DNA of 32,039 nucleotides from Macrostomum lignano (Eukaryota): NCBI GenBank assembly GCA_002269645.1, contig NIVC01004898.1, positions 1 to 32,039 of the forward strand, read 5' to 3'. Shown piece by piece: positions 1 to 9,088 of this stretch (position 1 is its first letter; each line of letters starts with the position of its first letter). The notes under the pieces were generated by a model. It saw only the letters and a program-made list of their open reading frames with translations, ran no database searches and was not told where the DNA came from. The position numbers and the translations under genes were made by a program.

Positions 1-611
1 TGTTTATTATGGTGTTTATTAATTCATAAATATCACAATCAAGTAGAATCACACATTAATAAAATATATAATTATAGACAATATGAGGATGAAATAATAA
101 TGAAAAACATATCATACCCAGTAGCAATAGATGATATATATAAGATTGAAAAAATGAATGGTTTAAATATTAATGTGTTTACAATTGAAGAACCAAAAGA
201 TCTAGAAGAAATTTTAACCGATCCAGAATGGTATAAAAAGGTGTTATCTTGTTAAGCCAGCAACTGATATAACAGCACCAGATCAAATCGATCTTTTGTA
301 CATGCAGCGCGAAAATGAAACACATTATATATACATAAAAGATATTAGTTCTTTTTAAGAGAAAATAGAAATAGATATCCACTATGTAGAAATTGTTTTA
401 CATTTAAAAAGGATGAAACAGCTCTTAAAAACCACCAACGATTTTGTTTAGATCACAAATTTACTAATGCTATAATGCCAGCATCTGAAGATGCAACCCT
501 AAAGTTCCAACAACATTATATGGCAGTTAAAAAACCAATAGTAATATATGCTGATTTTGAAGCAACAAATGTTCCCTTAAAAGAATCACAGACGGCATCT
601 GATGATGGGGA

Positions 612-641
612 TCGTGCAAAGCACGCGACCCTACGGGACGA
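612..641 (+). repeat. GC-rich double-hairpin insert 1 (30 nt, in frame inside polB)
   Basis: TCGTGC-AAA-GCACG CGACCC-TAC-GGGACGA. Removing it leaves GAT GAT GGG GAA TGC in frame. Confidence 0.75.
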
Positions 642-2615
642 ATGCACAAAAAAATTGGCACAACAGTTTCCGAATAGTTATTGTATATATGTACACTCTG
701 TAGCTGATCATATATTTAAATCAAGGATGATTACTTACCACGGTAATGATGCAGCTAAGCACATGGCAGAATCATTAGTAAATGTATTTGAATATATTCA
801 AAATCAATATGATAAATTATCAAAAAATATTAATATGACAAATAAGGATAGAGACAATTATAAAAATGCAACAAATTGTTTTATGTGCAAAAGACATTTA
901 AGTAAGAATAATAAGATACGAGAACATTGTCATCTAACAGGAAATTATCGAGGGCAGCATGTAGATCATGTAATGCAAAAGAAGGAAAAGGATGTAAGGA
1001 AATACCAGTATTTTTTCATAATGGTTCCGGATATGATTTTCATTTCTTAGTTCGAGAATTGCTTCATTTAGGAAAGGATGAATATGAAATAAATATATTA
1101 CCTAAAACATCAGAAAATTACATATCAATAACATATGGTAAGAAATACTCCCATCTAGTTTTTCTAGATTCCTTGAGATTCTTATCAACATCTTTAGCAA
1201 ATGTTGTTTCATCATTAGTTCCAAAACCATGGGATTTAGAAATAGTAAAGAAAAACTTTCCAATACTATTGAATCGTTTCAAAAAAGAAAAACTATCCGA
1301 GGAAGAACTAATGCTATTAACTCGTAAGGGCATCTATCCATATGAATATGTAACATCTGAAGACGTATTTTTTCATACCGAATTACCGCAAATAGAAAAG
1401 TTTTATTCAACATTATCACAATCAAATATAAGTGAATCGGATTATGAACACGCTCAAAAAGTATGGAAATACTTTAATTGTAAAACATTTAAAGATTATC
1501 ATAATCTATATCTTAAAGCAGATGTTCTCCTATTAGCTGATGCATTTGAAAACTTTAGGAATCATACATATGAGAATTTTAAAATTGATCCCGCATATTG
1601 TTTCAGTGCACCGGGATTAACATGGGCTTGTGGTTTGAAACATACAGATGTTAAGATTGATTTACTAACTGATCATGATATGTTGTTAATGATTGAGAGA
1701 GGAATTCGCGGCGGATTCTCGGGTGTACTAGGAGATAGATATACTAAAGTAAATAATAAATATCTTCCAAATTATAATAAAAAAGAAAAATCATCATATG
1801 TATTATATCTAGATGCAAACAATTTATACGGTGGTTGTATGAAACAAAAATTACCAATAGCTGATTTCCAATGGGAAGATGACCCCGATTATTACAAAAA
1901 TATTCCCGAAGGAAGGGGCTGTATTGTAGAGGTGGATTTGCAATATACTCGGGAAGCAAAAGCAAAAACATATAAATATCCTTTAGCTCCAGAGCATTGT
2001 TCAGTTAATGAAGATGATTTATCACAAACACAAAAAGATTATCTTAAAGTAGATAATGCAAAACATCTAGCAACAAAAAAATTAATATTAAATTTACATG
2101 ATAAGAAAAACTATGTAGTGCATTATAAGCTTCTACAATTTTATGAAAAGCAGGGATTAAAAGTGTCTAAAGTACATCGAACAATATCGTTTATTGAGGA
2201 AGATTGGTTAGCTAAATATATTGACTTTAATTCAAATCAGAGACAGATGTCAAAAACAAATTTTGAGAAAGATTATTGGAAATTAATGAATAATGCTTTT
2301 TATGGAAAAACGGTTGAAAATATTAGAGATAGAACCCAATTCCATTTAGAAAAGGATATTGATAAAGCAAAGAAATATTTCTCAAAACCTAACTTTAAAG
2401 ACTTTATAAAATTTGATGATAACTTTATGGGTATTCATATGAGAAATAAAACAACAAAATTTCTTAAACCAATATTTATTGGAATGGTTGTTTTAGATTA
2501 TGCAAAGCTGGTAATGTATGAATACTTATTATGATGTTATAAATAAAACATGGCCAGATAACTATCCAATATATGCAGACACCGACAGTTTGGTATTTAA
2601 GGTTGAAACAGATGA

Positions 2616-2643
2616 TCGGGCAAAGCCCGAACCAAAGGTTCGA
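2616..2643 (+). repeat. GC-rich double-hairpin insert 2 (28 nt, frameshifts polB just after motif C)
   Basis: TCGGGC-AAA-GCCCG-AACC-AAA-GGTTCGA. Removal restores ...KVETDDVYKDM..., matching the Polinton PolB pattern IETEDVYKDM. Confidence 0.85.
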
Positions 2644-3245
2644 TGTCTATAAAGATATGGAAAAAATTAAGGATACATTGGATACCTCCGACTATCCGGA
2701 TAACCATCCTTTAAAATCAGATCAAAATAAAAAAGTTGTACTTAAAATGAAAGATGAATTAAATAGCAAAATCATAACCGAGTTTATAGCAATAAGATCA
2801 AAATGCTATGCATTTAAAGTTTTAGGACAGGAGGGAGAGGTAAAAAAAATAAAAGGGGTATCAAGGCAGCAGTTAAAAAGATAACATTTGATGATTATAA
2901 AAACGTACTTTTAGATTACCTTAATACAATTGAAAATTATCATGCTCCACAATATCGATTAAATTCAGATAAGCATCAGATGTTTGTCATCGAGACAGAT
3001 AAAAAAACATTAAGTCCATTTGATGATAAAAGATATTTAGATGATAAAATTAAAACATATCCATATGGTTTAAAAGAAGAGATAAAAAATATGATAAAAG
3101 ATAAAAAACAAAAAGAAGATATAATAAGTAAATATAATGAATACAAAGCGGCAATAAATAATTATTATTACGATTGTGATTGTGAATCCGAATGTGATTG
3201 TGAATATAATACATTTCTAGAATATGAAAAAGATATAGATAATTA

Positions 3246-3704
3246 TTATTCAACATTTCCAAAAGAACTTAAAAAATTAAATAAGGAAAAAGTCTTGAAT
3301 AACTGGAAGAGATTAACAGAAAAATTACTTATCGGATAAAATCCGCGACCCTTCGGGCGGAAAAAAACTAAAGCATGTAATTGTTTAAGCATAATATCCA
3401 TTTCGATTTCATATAATATTGAAGGCCAATTTTCCTCGCAGTCGTCAGGGTAACTTAAACAATCCTTTATTTTTTTCCTAAGTTTTTTTATTTTTCTAAC
3501 CAACCTATCTATTTCGATTTCAATTACTGTTTCAGCATAAGCAATTGCAGATTTAATAAAACGTTTTCTTTTATCCATTTCATATCGGATGGGAAACATA
3601 TCGTCCCCATACTCATGATATTTCTGAGATATAATTATATTTATTTTTTTATTAATATCATTAAGTTCACGCTCTTTAGTGATAAGGATTTTTATCGTAT
3701 CCAT
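3246..3704 (-). CDS. Hypothetical basic/coiled protein (152 aa), convergent with and overlapping the polB 3' end
   Basis: Open ORF with AAAATG start context. No recognisable domain. Confidence 0.6.
   Translation of the reverse strand: MDTIKILITKERELNDINKKINIIISQKYHEYGDDMFPIRYEMDKRKRFIKSAIAYAETVIEIEIDRLVRKIKKLRKKIKDCLSYPDDCEENWPSILYEIEMDIMLKQLHALVFFRPKGRGFYPISNFSVNLFQLFKTFSLFNFLSSFGNVE
3332..3361 (+). repeat. GC-rich double-hairpin insert 3 (30 nt), overlapping the polB stop codon and in frame in the opposite-strand ORF
   Basis: TCGGAT-AAA-ATCCG CGACCC-TTC-GGGCGGA. Second arm nearly identical to that of insert 1. Confidence 0.75.
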
Positions 3705-3719
3705 TTTCTTATAAAAAAT

Positions 3720-4052
3720 TTAGTCTTCGTCGTCATCCTCCCAAACAGCCGCCAATTTTACAGTCCTATCACTCTTTTTATTATTTGTTTGTTTTAGTTT
3801 AAATTGCAATCCACCCTCGTTGCAGTATTTCATAACAAACGCTTTAGGTTTATTAATAACTAAAACAGGAAAATTTTTAACATCATCTCCGCTTAGACAT
3901 AAAATTTTTTGCCCATCTAATTGTAAAAATATTGATTGAAGCCCAATAAATTTAACCTGTCTCAAACATATAATATTATATTCTTTATTCTCCAACATAT
4001 TGGGTGTGAGATAATTAATCACATTAGAATCGGTTTTGAACCAGCTCTCCAT
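3720..4052 (-). CDS. Hypothetical protein (~110 aa; likely start MESWFKT at 4052)
   Basis: Open ORF. The AAAAATG context used by most genes of the element is at 4052. Confidence 0.55.
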   Translation of the reverse strand: MESWFKTDSNVINYLTPNMLENKEYNIICLRQVKFIGLQSIFLQLDGQKILCLSGDDVKNFPVLVINKPKAFVMKYCNEGGLQFKLKQTNNKKSDRTVKLAAVWEDDDED

Positions 4053-4077
4053 TTTTAATCTAAAAAAATAAAAAAAA

Positions 4078-4539
4078 ATGAAAGACATTTACGAATGTAA
4101 TAAATGTAATGTGACTATGCACAGAGGGCAAACAGCAAACGGAGATATATATCATATGTGTTATTCATGTTCTAAAATATATCAATTTGAAAAAACAAAA
4201 AAGATTGAAAACTCATATTACTATTTTAAAAACACAATTTTAAGAAATCTTACAAGAGACATTTCTGATCCAATTTTAATTCCCGGAAATAATGTTTATT
4301 TATATAATAACTTTTTCCATTTAAATAAAGGAAAGGGATTAAGTTCGAAAGACTCTGAAAGGATTTTAATTTTAGTTGGATATTATTTCAATTTTCTTAT
4401 TCGAGAGAATACAAAGTTTATAAGGATAGGTAACATACCTAACGAAATGTTATTGAAAAAGTCATTGGAATTTTTATGTATTGATAAAAAATTTAAACCT
4501 AGATCAGAAGAGAGTTACCACTTTGGGAAGAATATATAA
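4078..4539 (+). CDS. Hypothetical protein with N-terminal CxxC...CxxC zinc ribbon (153 aa)
   Basis: CNKC...CYSC motifs; AAAAAAATG start. Confidence 0.6.
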   Translation: MKDIYECNKCNVTMHRGQTANGDIYHMCYSCSKIYQFEKTKKIENSYYYFKNTILRNLTRDISDPILIPGNNVYLYNNFFHLNKGKGLSSKDSERILILVGYYFNFLIRENTKFIRIGNIPNEMLLKKSLEFLCIDKKFKPRSEESYHFGKNI

Positions 4540-4583
4540 CATATGCATTAAAAAACTAAACAACATACACACGATAAACAACA

Positions 4584-5228
4584 TTAAGTTCTACAGCACT
4601 TCCTGACCGGGCTTTGTGCCCCAGTAGCAATAGTTTCAGGTTCGTAAATACCTAATGTTTCTATCGGTGGAGCTTTGGGTTTGTCCAAACGTAATTCTTT
4701 TAATTCCATATCGGTAAAAGTTTCAACATCTAAAATTCTATTTCTATCTTTTAAATATTTTTCATATAACTCAACCGCGGTTGATAATTCATGAATCGTT
4801 ATCTCTCCGTCATCCAATATTTTTTGCACATATAAATATAACTGATTTTTATATTGCTTGGCAACATCTCTTAATGATTTATATTTTTCCTTTCTTTTTT
4901 TAAGATATAATTTAATTGCTAAAAGTATTGATAAGTTTCTGATCAATTCAAAACCTGATATTGAGCCAATTGAAATACCTAAAAATAATTGAGATAAATT
5001 AAGAGTTGGAATAGATTGTAAAATACCTAAAACGATTACACATAACATTGATAAGCTTCCAAATCCAATATTGAAAAAGTCCATATTTCTTATATGGTTT
5101 GAAACTCTTCTTACTTTTTTAGTATATAAATCATAATCATAGTTAATACGATCAACATTACTTAACATCTGACCTTTACGTTGGTTGAACCGGTCGCGTT
5201 CCCATTTATCTGCTTCAGATACCGACAT
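4584..5228 (-). CDS. Two-TM membrane protein followed by a helical region with an LDDGEIT..EL motif (214 aa)
   Basis: Two hydrophobic stretches (FFNIGFGSLSMLCVIVLGIL; LFLGISIGSISGFELIRNLSILLAI). The pattern resembles uncharacterised ORFs of invertebrate Polintons (from recollection, not searched). Confidence 0.6.
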   Translation of the reverse strand: MSVSEADKWERDRFNQRKGQMLSNVDRINYDYDLYTKKVRRVSNHIRNMDFFNIGFGSLSMLCVIVLGILQSIPTLNLSQLFLGISIGSISGFELIRNLSILLAIKLYLKKRKEKYKSLRDVAKQYKNQLYLYVQKILDDGEITIHELSTAVELYEKYLKDRNRILDVETFTDMELKELRLDKPKAPPIETLGIYEPETIATGAQSPVRKCCRT

Positions 5229-5541
5229 TCTCGTCTATTTTTAATAGCACCAAAATGAATTCCCCGCGCTCTTTGGGGATTTGTCCCGAGCTCAATAGGT
5301 ATTGTATTGGAGTGATTCTTTCTTTTTTCTCCCATTTAAATCCTATTTTCCAAAACTCTTGAAGTATAATATGATTTTTTAATAACTTAATTAATTCTTG
5401 AAGCTTCTTATTATCCTGAACATTTACAGTACTAAATAAAAATTTGGTATGAGATTTGAATGTTTTTATATTTGATTCTTGTTTAGGAATAGGAATAATA
5501 ACATTATTTTGCCGCATCGATGGAGTTCTACTAAAAGCCAT
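5215..5541 (-). CDS. Hypothetical protein (108 aa)
   Basis: Open ORF with AAAATG context, overlapping the next gene as in a compact viral operon-like layout. Confidence 0.55.
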   Translation of the reverse strand: MAFSRTPSMRQNNVIIPIPKQESNIKTFKSHTKFLFSTVNVQDNKKLQELIKLLKNHIILQEFWKIGFKWEKKERITPIQYLLSSGQIPKERGEFILVLLKIDENVGI

Positions 5542-5564
5542 TTTATATAGAAATATTTAACTGA

Positions 5565-5619
5565 TCGGACGAAGTCCGCGCCTTAGGCGATCGCCCCGTA
5601 GGGTCGCAGCATTAGCTGA
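5565..5619. repeat. Two tandem double-hairpin inserts (26 nt and 29 nt) across the fibre-gene stop codon
   Basis: GA|TCGGAC-GAA-GTCCG CGCC-TTA-GGCGA|TCGCCCC-GTA-GGGTCG CAGC-ATTA-GCTGA|TC. Removing both still gives ...CAG ATC AGT TAA on the minus strand. Confidence 0.75.
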
Positions 5620-7657
5620 TCTGTGTGGGTGGTTGTTCCAAATATGCGGTCGCAGCAAAATCATAGCCTGCTGATGTGCTACCACAAACGGCGGCACCAC
5701 GAATAAAATGTGCAGCATCCGATCCTCCAGTTCGAGCACCAAACCCCATAAGAGTTCCTGTTTTATCCAACTCTCCCCAAGTTCCGCTATCATATGTAAA
5801 AAAGTTTTGCCCAATTAGTGTATAAACTTTGGTTGAAACATTGTATGATCTTAATTGATACCAAACTCTTTGATTTAAAATATTAATTTCAAATAAATGC
5901 CAATCGCCATTATCAATATTTGCATAAGTTATCGTTTGATCGGCGTCATTAAGAACATCATTACGAACTGTTGCTCCGTCTGATTTTTTATTACTCCAAA
6001 GAACCCCAACTCTGTCATGCCATTCACTCGCAAACACTATCAAGCCGGCGTCGGTTGTTAATCCAGTTCCAAATTCACTTGTTGGTCGTTCATGACAGTA
6101 TGCATAAAACCAAACAGCGTCAGCACCATCTCCTGTAGCATTAGCAACTCGGAAATAGAAGGAGGCGGATATATTACGAAAATGGGTGAAATTAAATTGT
6201 AAAGCACCACTTACACCTGAGGTTTCACGAGTAATTCTAGCTCCATTTTGATAATCGATATAAGAAGCGTCGCCAACGAAACTTCCTGTTGGAAAAATAT
6301 CGCCGGCAGTGGTTGGATTTTGATACCCAGTCCAATTGCAAATTACGGGTTCGTACAAAGCGGCATCAATTGCCGGTATGCCATCCAATTTTATTTTATC
6401 GTTAAAAGACATTCGGCCATCTGCCGTTTGGGTTACTCGCGTATCAACATAACCTTTAGTAACAACAGAACTGTTATTGTTTATAGTAGATATGTTAGTA
6501 ATTGTGTTACCACCCATATCAATTGATTGATTAACAACTCCCAAATTTAAATCAAGAATTGTAAAAGTCTGTCTATAAATCTGAAAAGTTGATAAGCCGG
6601 GGTTGGTAGAACCCGATGTTGATGTAAGACAGAACAATCTGAAATATGAATATGTTTTATCAAAATTTTGTGTGACATTAATTGTTTGAGTTGAGTTATT
6701 TATTTCTACAGAACTGCCAGCCGGTATTAAAACATCCCAGCTCGTATTGTCATTACTGCCCTCAAATCGCCATGATGCTGGGTGTTCGGTTGATGGTGAT
6801 GGTCTCCCACGTAAATCAATTTTATAACACATTATCGCGGATGGACATTGGACTTGAATCCAATAATCAGTTTGAGTATTATTTGTTGCCCAATCTGTTG
6901 AATCATTACCATCAAACGCTTTCCAACTTGCAAAATCGGTTGTATTAAATGCTGTGCTTGCGGATATTGCAAAACCATTTCCACTCCAAGCTGCCATAGT
7001 TGGTACGTGTCCGGTTTCAACCGTTTGGAATCGATCCTGTTTTGGGGCTCCACCTCCAACTAAATTATCAACTTCGGTTTTGGTATAAGAATCGGCAACA
7101 TTCCGTTTTAAATTTAGGGAATTATCAACCTCAGTTTTGGTATAAGAATCAGTTATATCTCTTTTTAAATTTAGGGAATTATCAACTTCGGTTTTGGTAT
7201 AAGAATCTGCAACATTCCGTTTTAAATTTAATGAATTATCAACCTCAGTTTTGGTATAAGAATCAGTTATATTTCTTTTTAAATTTAGGGAATTATCAAC
7301 TTCAGTTTTGGTATAAGAATCAGTTATATTTCTTTTTAAATTTAGGGAATTATCAACTTCAGTTTTGGTATAAGAATCGGCAACATTCCGTTTTAAATTT
7401 AGGGAATTATCAACTTCGGTTTTGGTATAAGAATCGGCTGTATTGCGTTTTAAATTTAATGAATCATCTATTTGAGTTTTGGTATAGGAATCTGCAACAT
7501 TCCGTTTCAAATTTAGTTTATTATCAATTTCAGTTTTTTTATAACCTTCATCTTCATTAATATATCGGTTATCTCCGAATGTAACACTTATTCCACCAGA
7601 TGCGCCTCCACCAGTACTTGTTGTTCCGTTCCATGAGGGTGTTCCAGAAAATAACAT
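5612..7657 (-). CDS. Fibre/receptor-binding-like protein (681 aa): 19-aa repeat stalk, discoidin (F5/8C-like) domain, DMGGNTITN..VVTKGYVD fibre motif, C-terminal ConA/L-lectin-like domain
   Basis: Repeat YTKTEVDNSLNLKRN(V/I)(A/T)DS. SASTAF...WKAFDG...W...WIQV...W.FEGSND..W discoidin pattern. GDGADAVWFY lectin-like pattern. Confidence 0.75.
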   Translation of the reverse strand: MLFSGTPSWNGTTSTGGGASGGISVTFGDNRYINEDEGYKKTEIDNKLNLKRNVADSYTKTQIDDSLNLKRNTADSYTKTEVDNSLNLKRNVADSYTKTEVDNSLNLKRNITDSYTKTEVDNSLNLKRNITDSYTKTEVDNSLNLKRNVADSYTKTEVDNSLNLKRDITDSYTKTEVDNSLNLKRNVADSYTKTEVDNLVGGGAPKQDRFQTVETGHVPTMAAWSGNGFAISASTAFNTTDFASWKAFDGNDSTDWATNNTQTDYWIQVQCPSAIMCYKIDLRGRPSPSTEHPASWRFEGSNDNTSWDVLIPAGSSVEINNSTQTINVTQNFDKTYSYFRLFCLTSTSGSTNPGLSTFQIYRQTFTILDLNLGVVNQSIDMGGNTITNISTINNNSSVVTKGYVDTRVTQTADGRMSFNDKIKLDGIPAIDAALYEPVICNWTGYQNPTTAGDIFPTGSFVGDASYIDYQNGARITRETSGVSGALQFNFTHFRNISASFYFRVANATGDGADAVWFYAYCHERPTSEFGTGLTTDAGLIVFASEWHDRVGVLWSNKKSDGATVRNDVLNDADQTITYANIDNGDWHLFEINILNQRVWYQLRSYNVSTKVYTLIGQNFFTYDSGTWGELDKTGTLMGFGARTGGSDAAHFIRGAAVCGSTSAGYDFAATAYLEQPPTQIS
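7064..7545 (-). repeat. 57-bp coding tandem repeat, about 8.4 copies
   Basis: Eight full 19-aa units plus a partial one in the translation. Confidence 0.9.
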
Positions 7658-7667
7658 TTTTTACTGT

Positions 7668-8105
7668 CTATTTTATAGAATCTAAAATTGCTTTAAATGC
7701 TTCGGGTCTTTCCTTAGAGTTATTAATTTTATATAAAAAATACAACGCCGCTTGCCCGCAATAACTTTTGTCAAATGTTTGAAATTGTTCATGATGATCT
7801 CCACATAAACGATTTTTAGTATGATTAAATTTATCTTTTATTTCCTGTAACGGAGGAAGCGCGTATGAATCAAAAAAATAAACAAGTTTAGGTTTTGAAT
7901 AAACTGCTGACCAATGAACCCCGTTTTCTTTTGTTGTTTCAATATTAACAATGAAAGATCCATATTGTGGTAAGTCTTTGATCTCATCTCGCATAACACA
8001 TCTGAATGGTTTTATTTTTAGTTGTCGCGCCCAATTTGTTAATTCAATATTGCTTGTTGTGTCTGTTCCATATCTTTGTTTGAACAACTGCCAATTCATA
8101 GTCAT
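7668..8105 (-). CDS. Adenain-like cysteine maturation protease
   Basis: G.HW, YFFDS, Q...S.YCG catalytic pattern (H/D/Q/C). Confidence 0.9.
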   Translation of the reverse strand: MTMNWQLFKQRYGTDTTSNIELTNWARQLKIKPFRCVMRDEIKDLPQYGSFIVNIETTKENGVHWSAVYSKPKLVYFFDSYALPPLQEIKDKFNHTKNRLCGDHHEQFQTFDKSYCGQAALYFLYKINNSKERPEAFKAILDSIK

Positions 8106-8106
8106 T

Positions 8107-8277
8107 TTATGTTCCTGAAAAACTCTTGGTTTTGGTTAGTTTCGTTGGTTTGGATTTTAACAGTTCCTTTCGGATTTTTTCTGCTTGCAGTTGTTTCAAT
8201 TTTGTTAGTTCGATTTCATAATTATCCTTTGCATTTTGAACTTTTTCCGTTTGTTTTTTTAAACTATTGTTACCCAT
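8107..8277 (-). CDS. Small basic ORF (56 aa, MGNNSLKKQ...SFSGT) missing from the ORF track
   Basis: Fills the penton-protease gap exactly. AAAAATG start; its stop abuts the protease ATG context. Confidence 0.6.
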   Translation of the reverse strand: MGNNSLKKQTEKVQNAKDNYEIELTKLKQLQAEKIRKELLKSKPTKLTKTKSFSGT

Positions 8278-8287
8278 TTTTACAATA

Positions 8288-9073
8288 TTAAACCTGTTTT
8301 ATACGTAAAATTATTGTTATTGACTGCCCACCAAAACTTATTAATCTATCGCTTTCATCTACAATCCTAATATAAATTGATTGAACATTATATTGATTTA
8401 ATGGGTAATATATTGGGGTTTGAGGTGATACGATCATTTTCTCTCCAATTGGAACAGCAAGAAATGGGATTGAATAAATAATTCCACGTTGAACCAAAAC
8501 TCCATTATTATCTGTTATATAACCACCGTTTGATATGTCGGTTGTTATATTAATTGTATTAACTCCACCCTCAATATTTCCCACTGTATCTCCGGTGCTT
8601 GATGTGGTAACTATTCGGGAATTAAATCCAAGTATGGTTCTGAGTGAATTTGCAATTGTGAAATCAACCTGATATCCGGATCCTAGTGATAGTGTGAATC
8701 TGCCAGATGGTAAATCAACCCCTATAACAATCGCGCCTGCTACCCAATCGCCGTTAGATGTTAATTCTCCTTCTATATAAGCATTCAAATCAGTATAGCT
8801 ATACGCTCCTGGGTTAACGCTAAATGTTGTCCAATTGGCTCCGGAATCTTTAGAATATCTAAATTGATTATTTGTTGCATTAATTAATTGAGGCATGTTA
8901 AAAACCGAAAATAGTATTAAACCTATTTGATAACTTAGGCTTTGATCAAGTTGTAATGGATCGCGCAATTGAATCCGTTGCTCGCTGGTTGTCATTATAA
9001 ACTGTAATGTTGTACTAAATTTTGAATTAGTTCGATCTACCAATTGTTTTATAGTATCTAAATTTGTAGTCAT
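8288..9073 (-). CDS. Minor capsid protein (penton, single jelly roll; PX-like)
   Basis: Beta-rich 261 aa with N.F.Y, I..GAYS..DL, LGF, P...YYPL, I.IRIVDE.DRLI.F.G..I.I.LRIK patterns typical of Polinton pentons. Position next to protease and ATPase. Confidence 0.85.
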   Translation of the reverse strand: MTTNLDTIKQLVDRTNSKFSTTLQFIMTTSEQRIQLRDPLQLDQSLSYQIGLILFSVFNMPQLINATNNQFRYSKDSGANWTTFSVNPGAYSYTDLNAYIEGELTSNGDWVAGAIVIGVDLPSGRFTLSLGSGYQVDFTIANSLRTILGFNSRIVTTSSTGDTVGNIEGGVNTINITTDISNGGYITDNNGVLVQRGIIYSIPFLAVPIGEKMIVSPQTPIYYPLNQYNVQSIYIRIVDESDRLISFGGQSITIILRIKQV

Positions 9074-9088
9074 TTTTATAGTGGGAAA

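Larger units (their letters stand above)
1..3339 (+). pseudogene. Protein-primed family B DNA polymerase (pPolB), 5'-truncated by the window edge and split by about 7 frameshifts
   Basis: Pieces join across frames: CLLWCLL...NINVF (1-250), IYADFE (ExoI), CxxC...HCHLTG.YRG.AC..CN (EndoVII-like), FHNGSGYDFHF, FLDSLRF, RKGIYPYEY, YLDANNLYG (motif A), KLMNNAFYGK (motif B), YADTDS (motif C, ~2570-2590), KMKDE, LSPFDDKRY. Breaks are near 245, 355, 400, 950, 2527, 2616-2643 and 2865. Confidence 0.93.

Noticed and set aside
870-980. EndoVII/HNH-like motif in polB as a homing endonuclease for the intron
   Set aside because: This domain is a standard embedded part of Polinton PolBs and is not novel here.
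4603-4625. GGGC-ACAAA-GCCC resembling an insert arm
   Set aside because: Single hairpin, 5-nt loop, no second arm; could be chance.
5255-5295. GC-rich patch with possible hairpins in ORF 5215-5541
   Set aside because: Stems are imperfect and it lacks the TCG...CGA frame; too weak to count as an insert.
7000-7560. Plus-strand 186-aa repeat ORF
   Set aside because: It is the antisense shadow of the fibre's 57-bp repeat.
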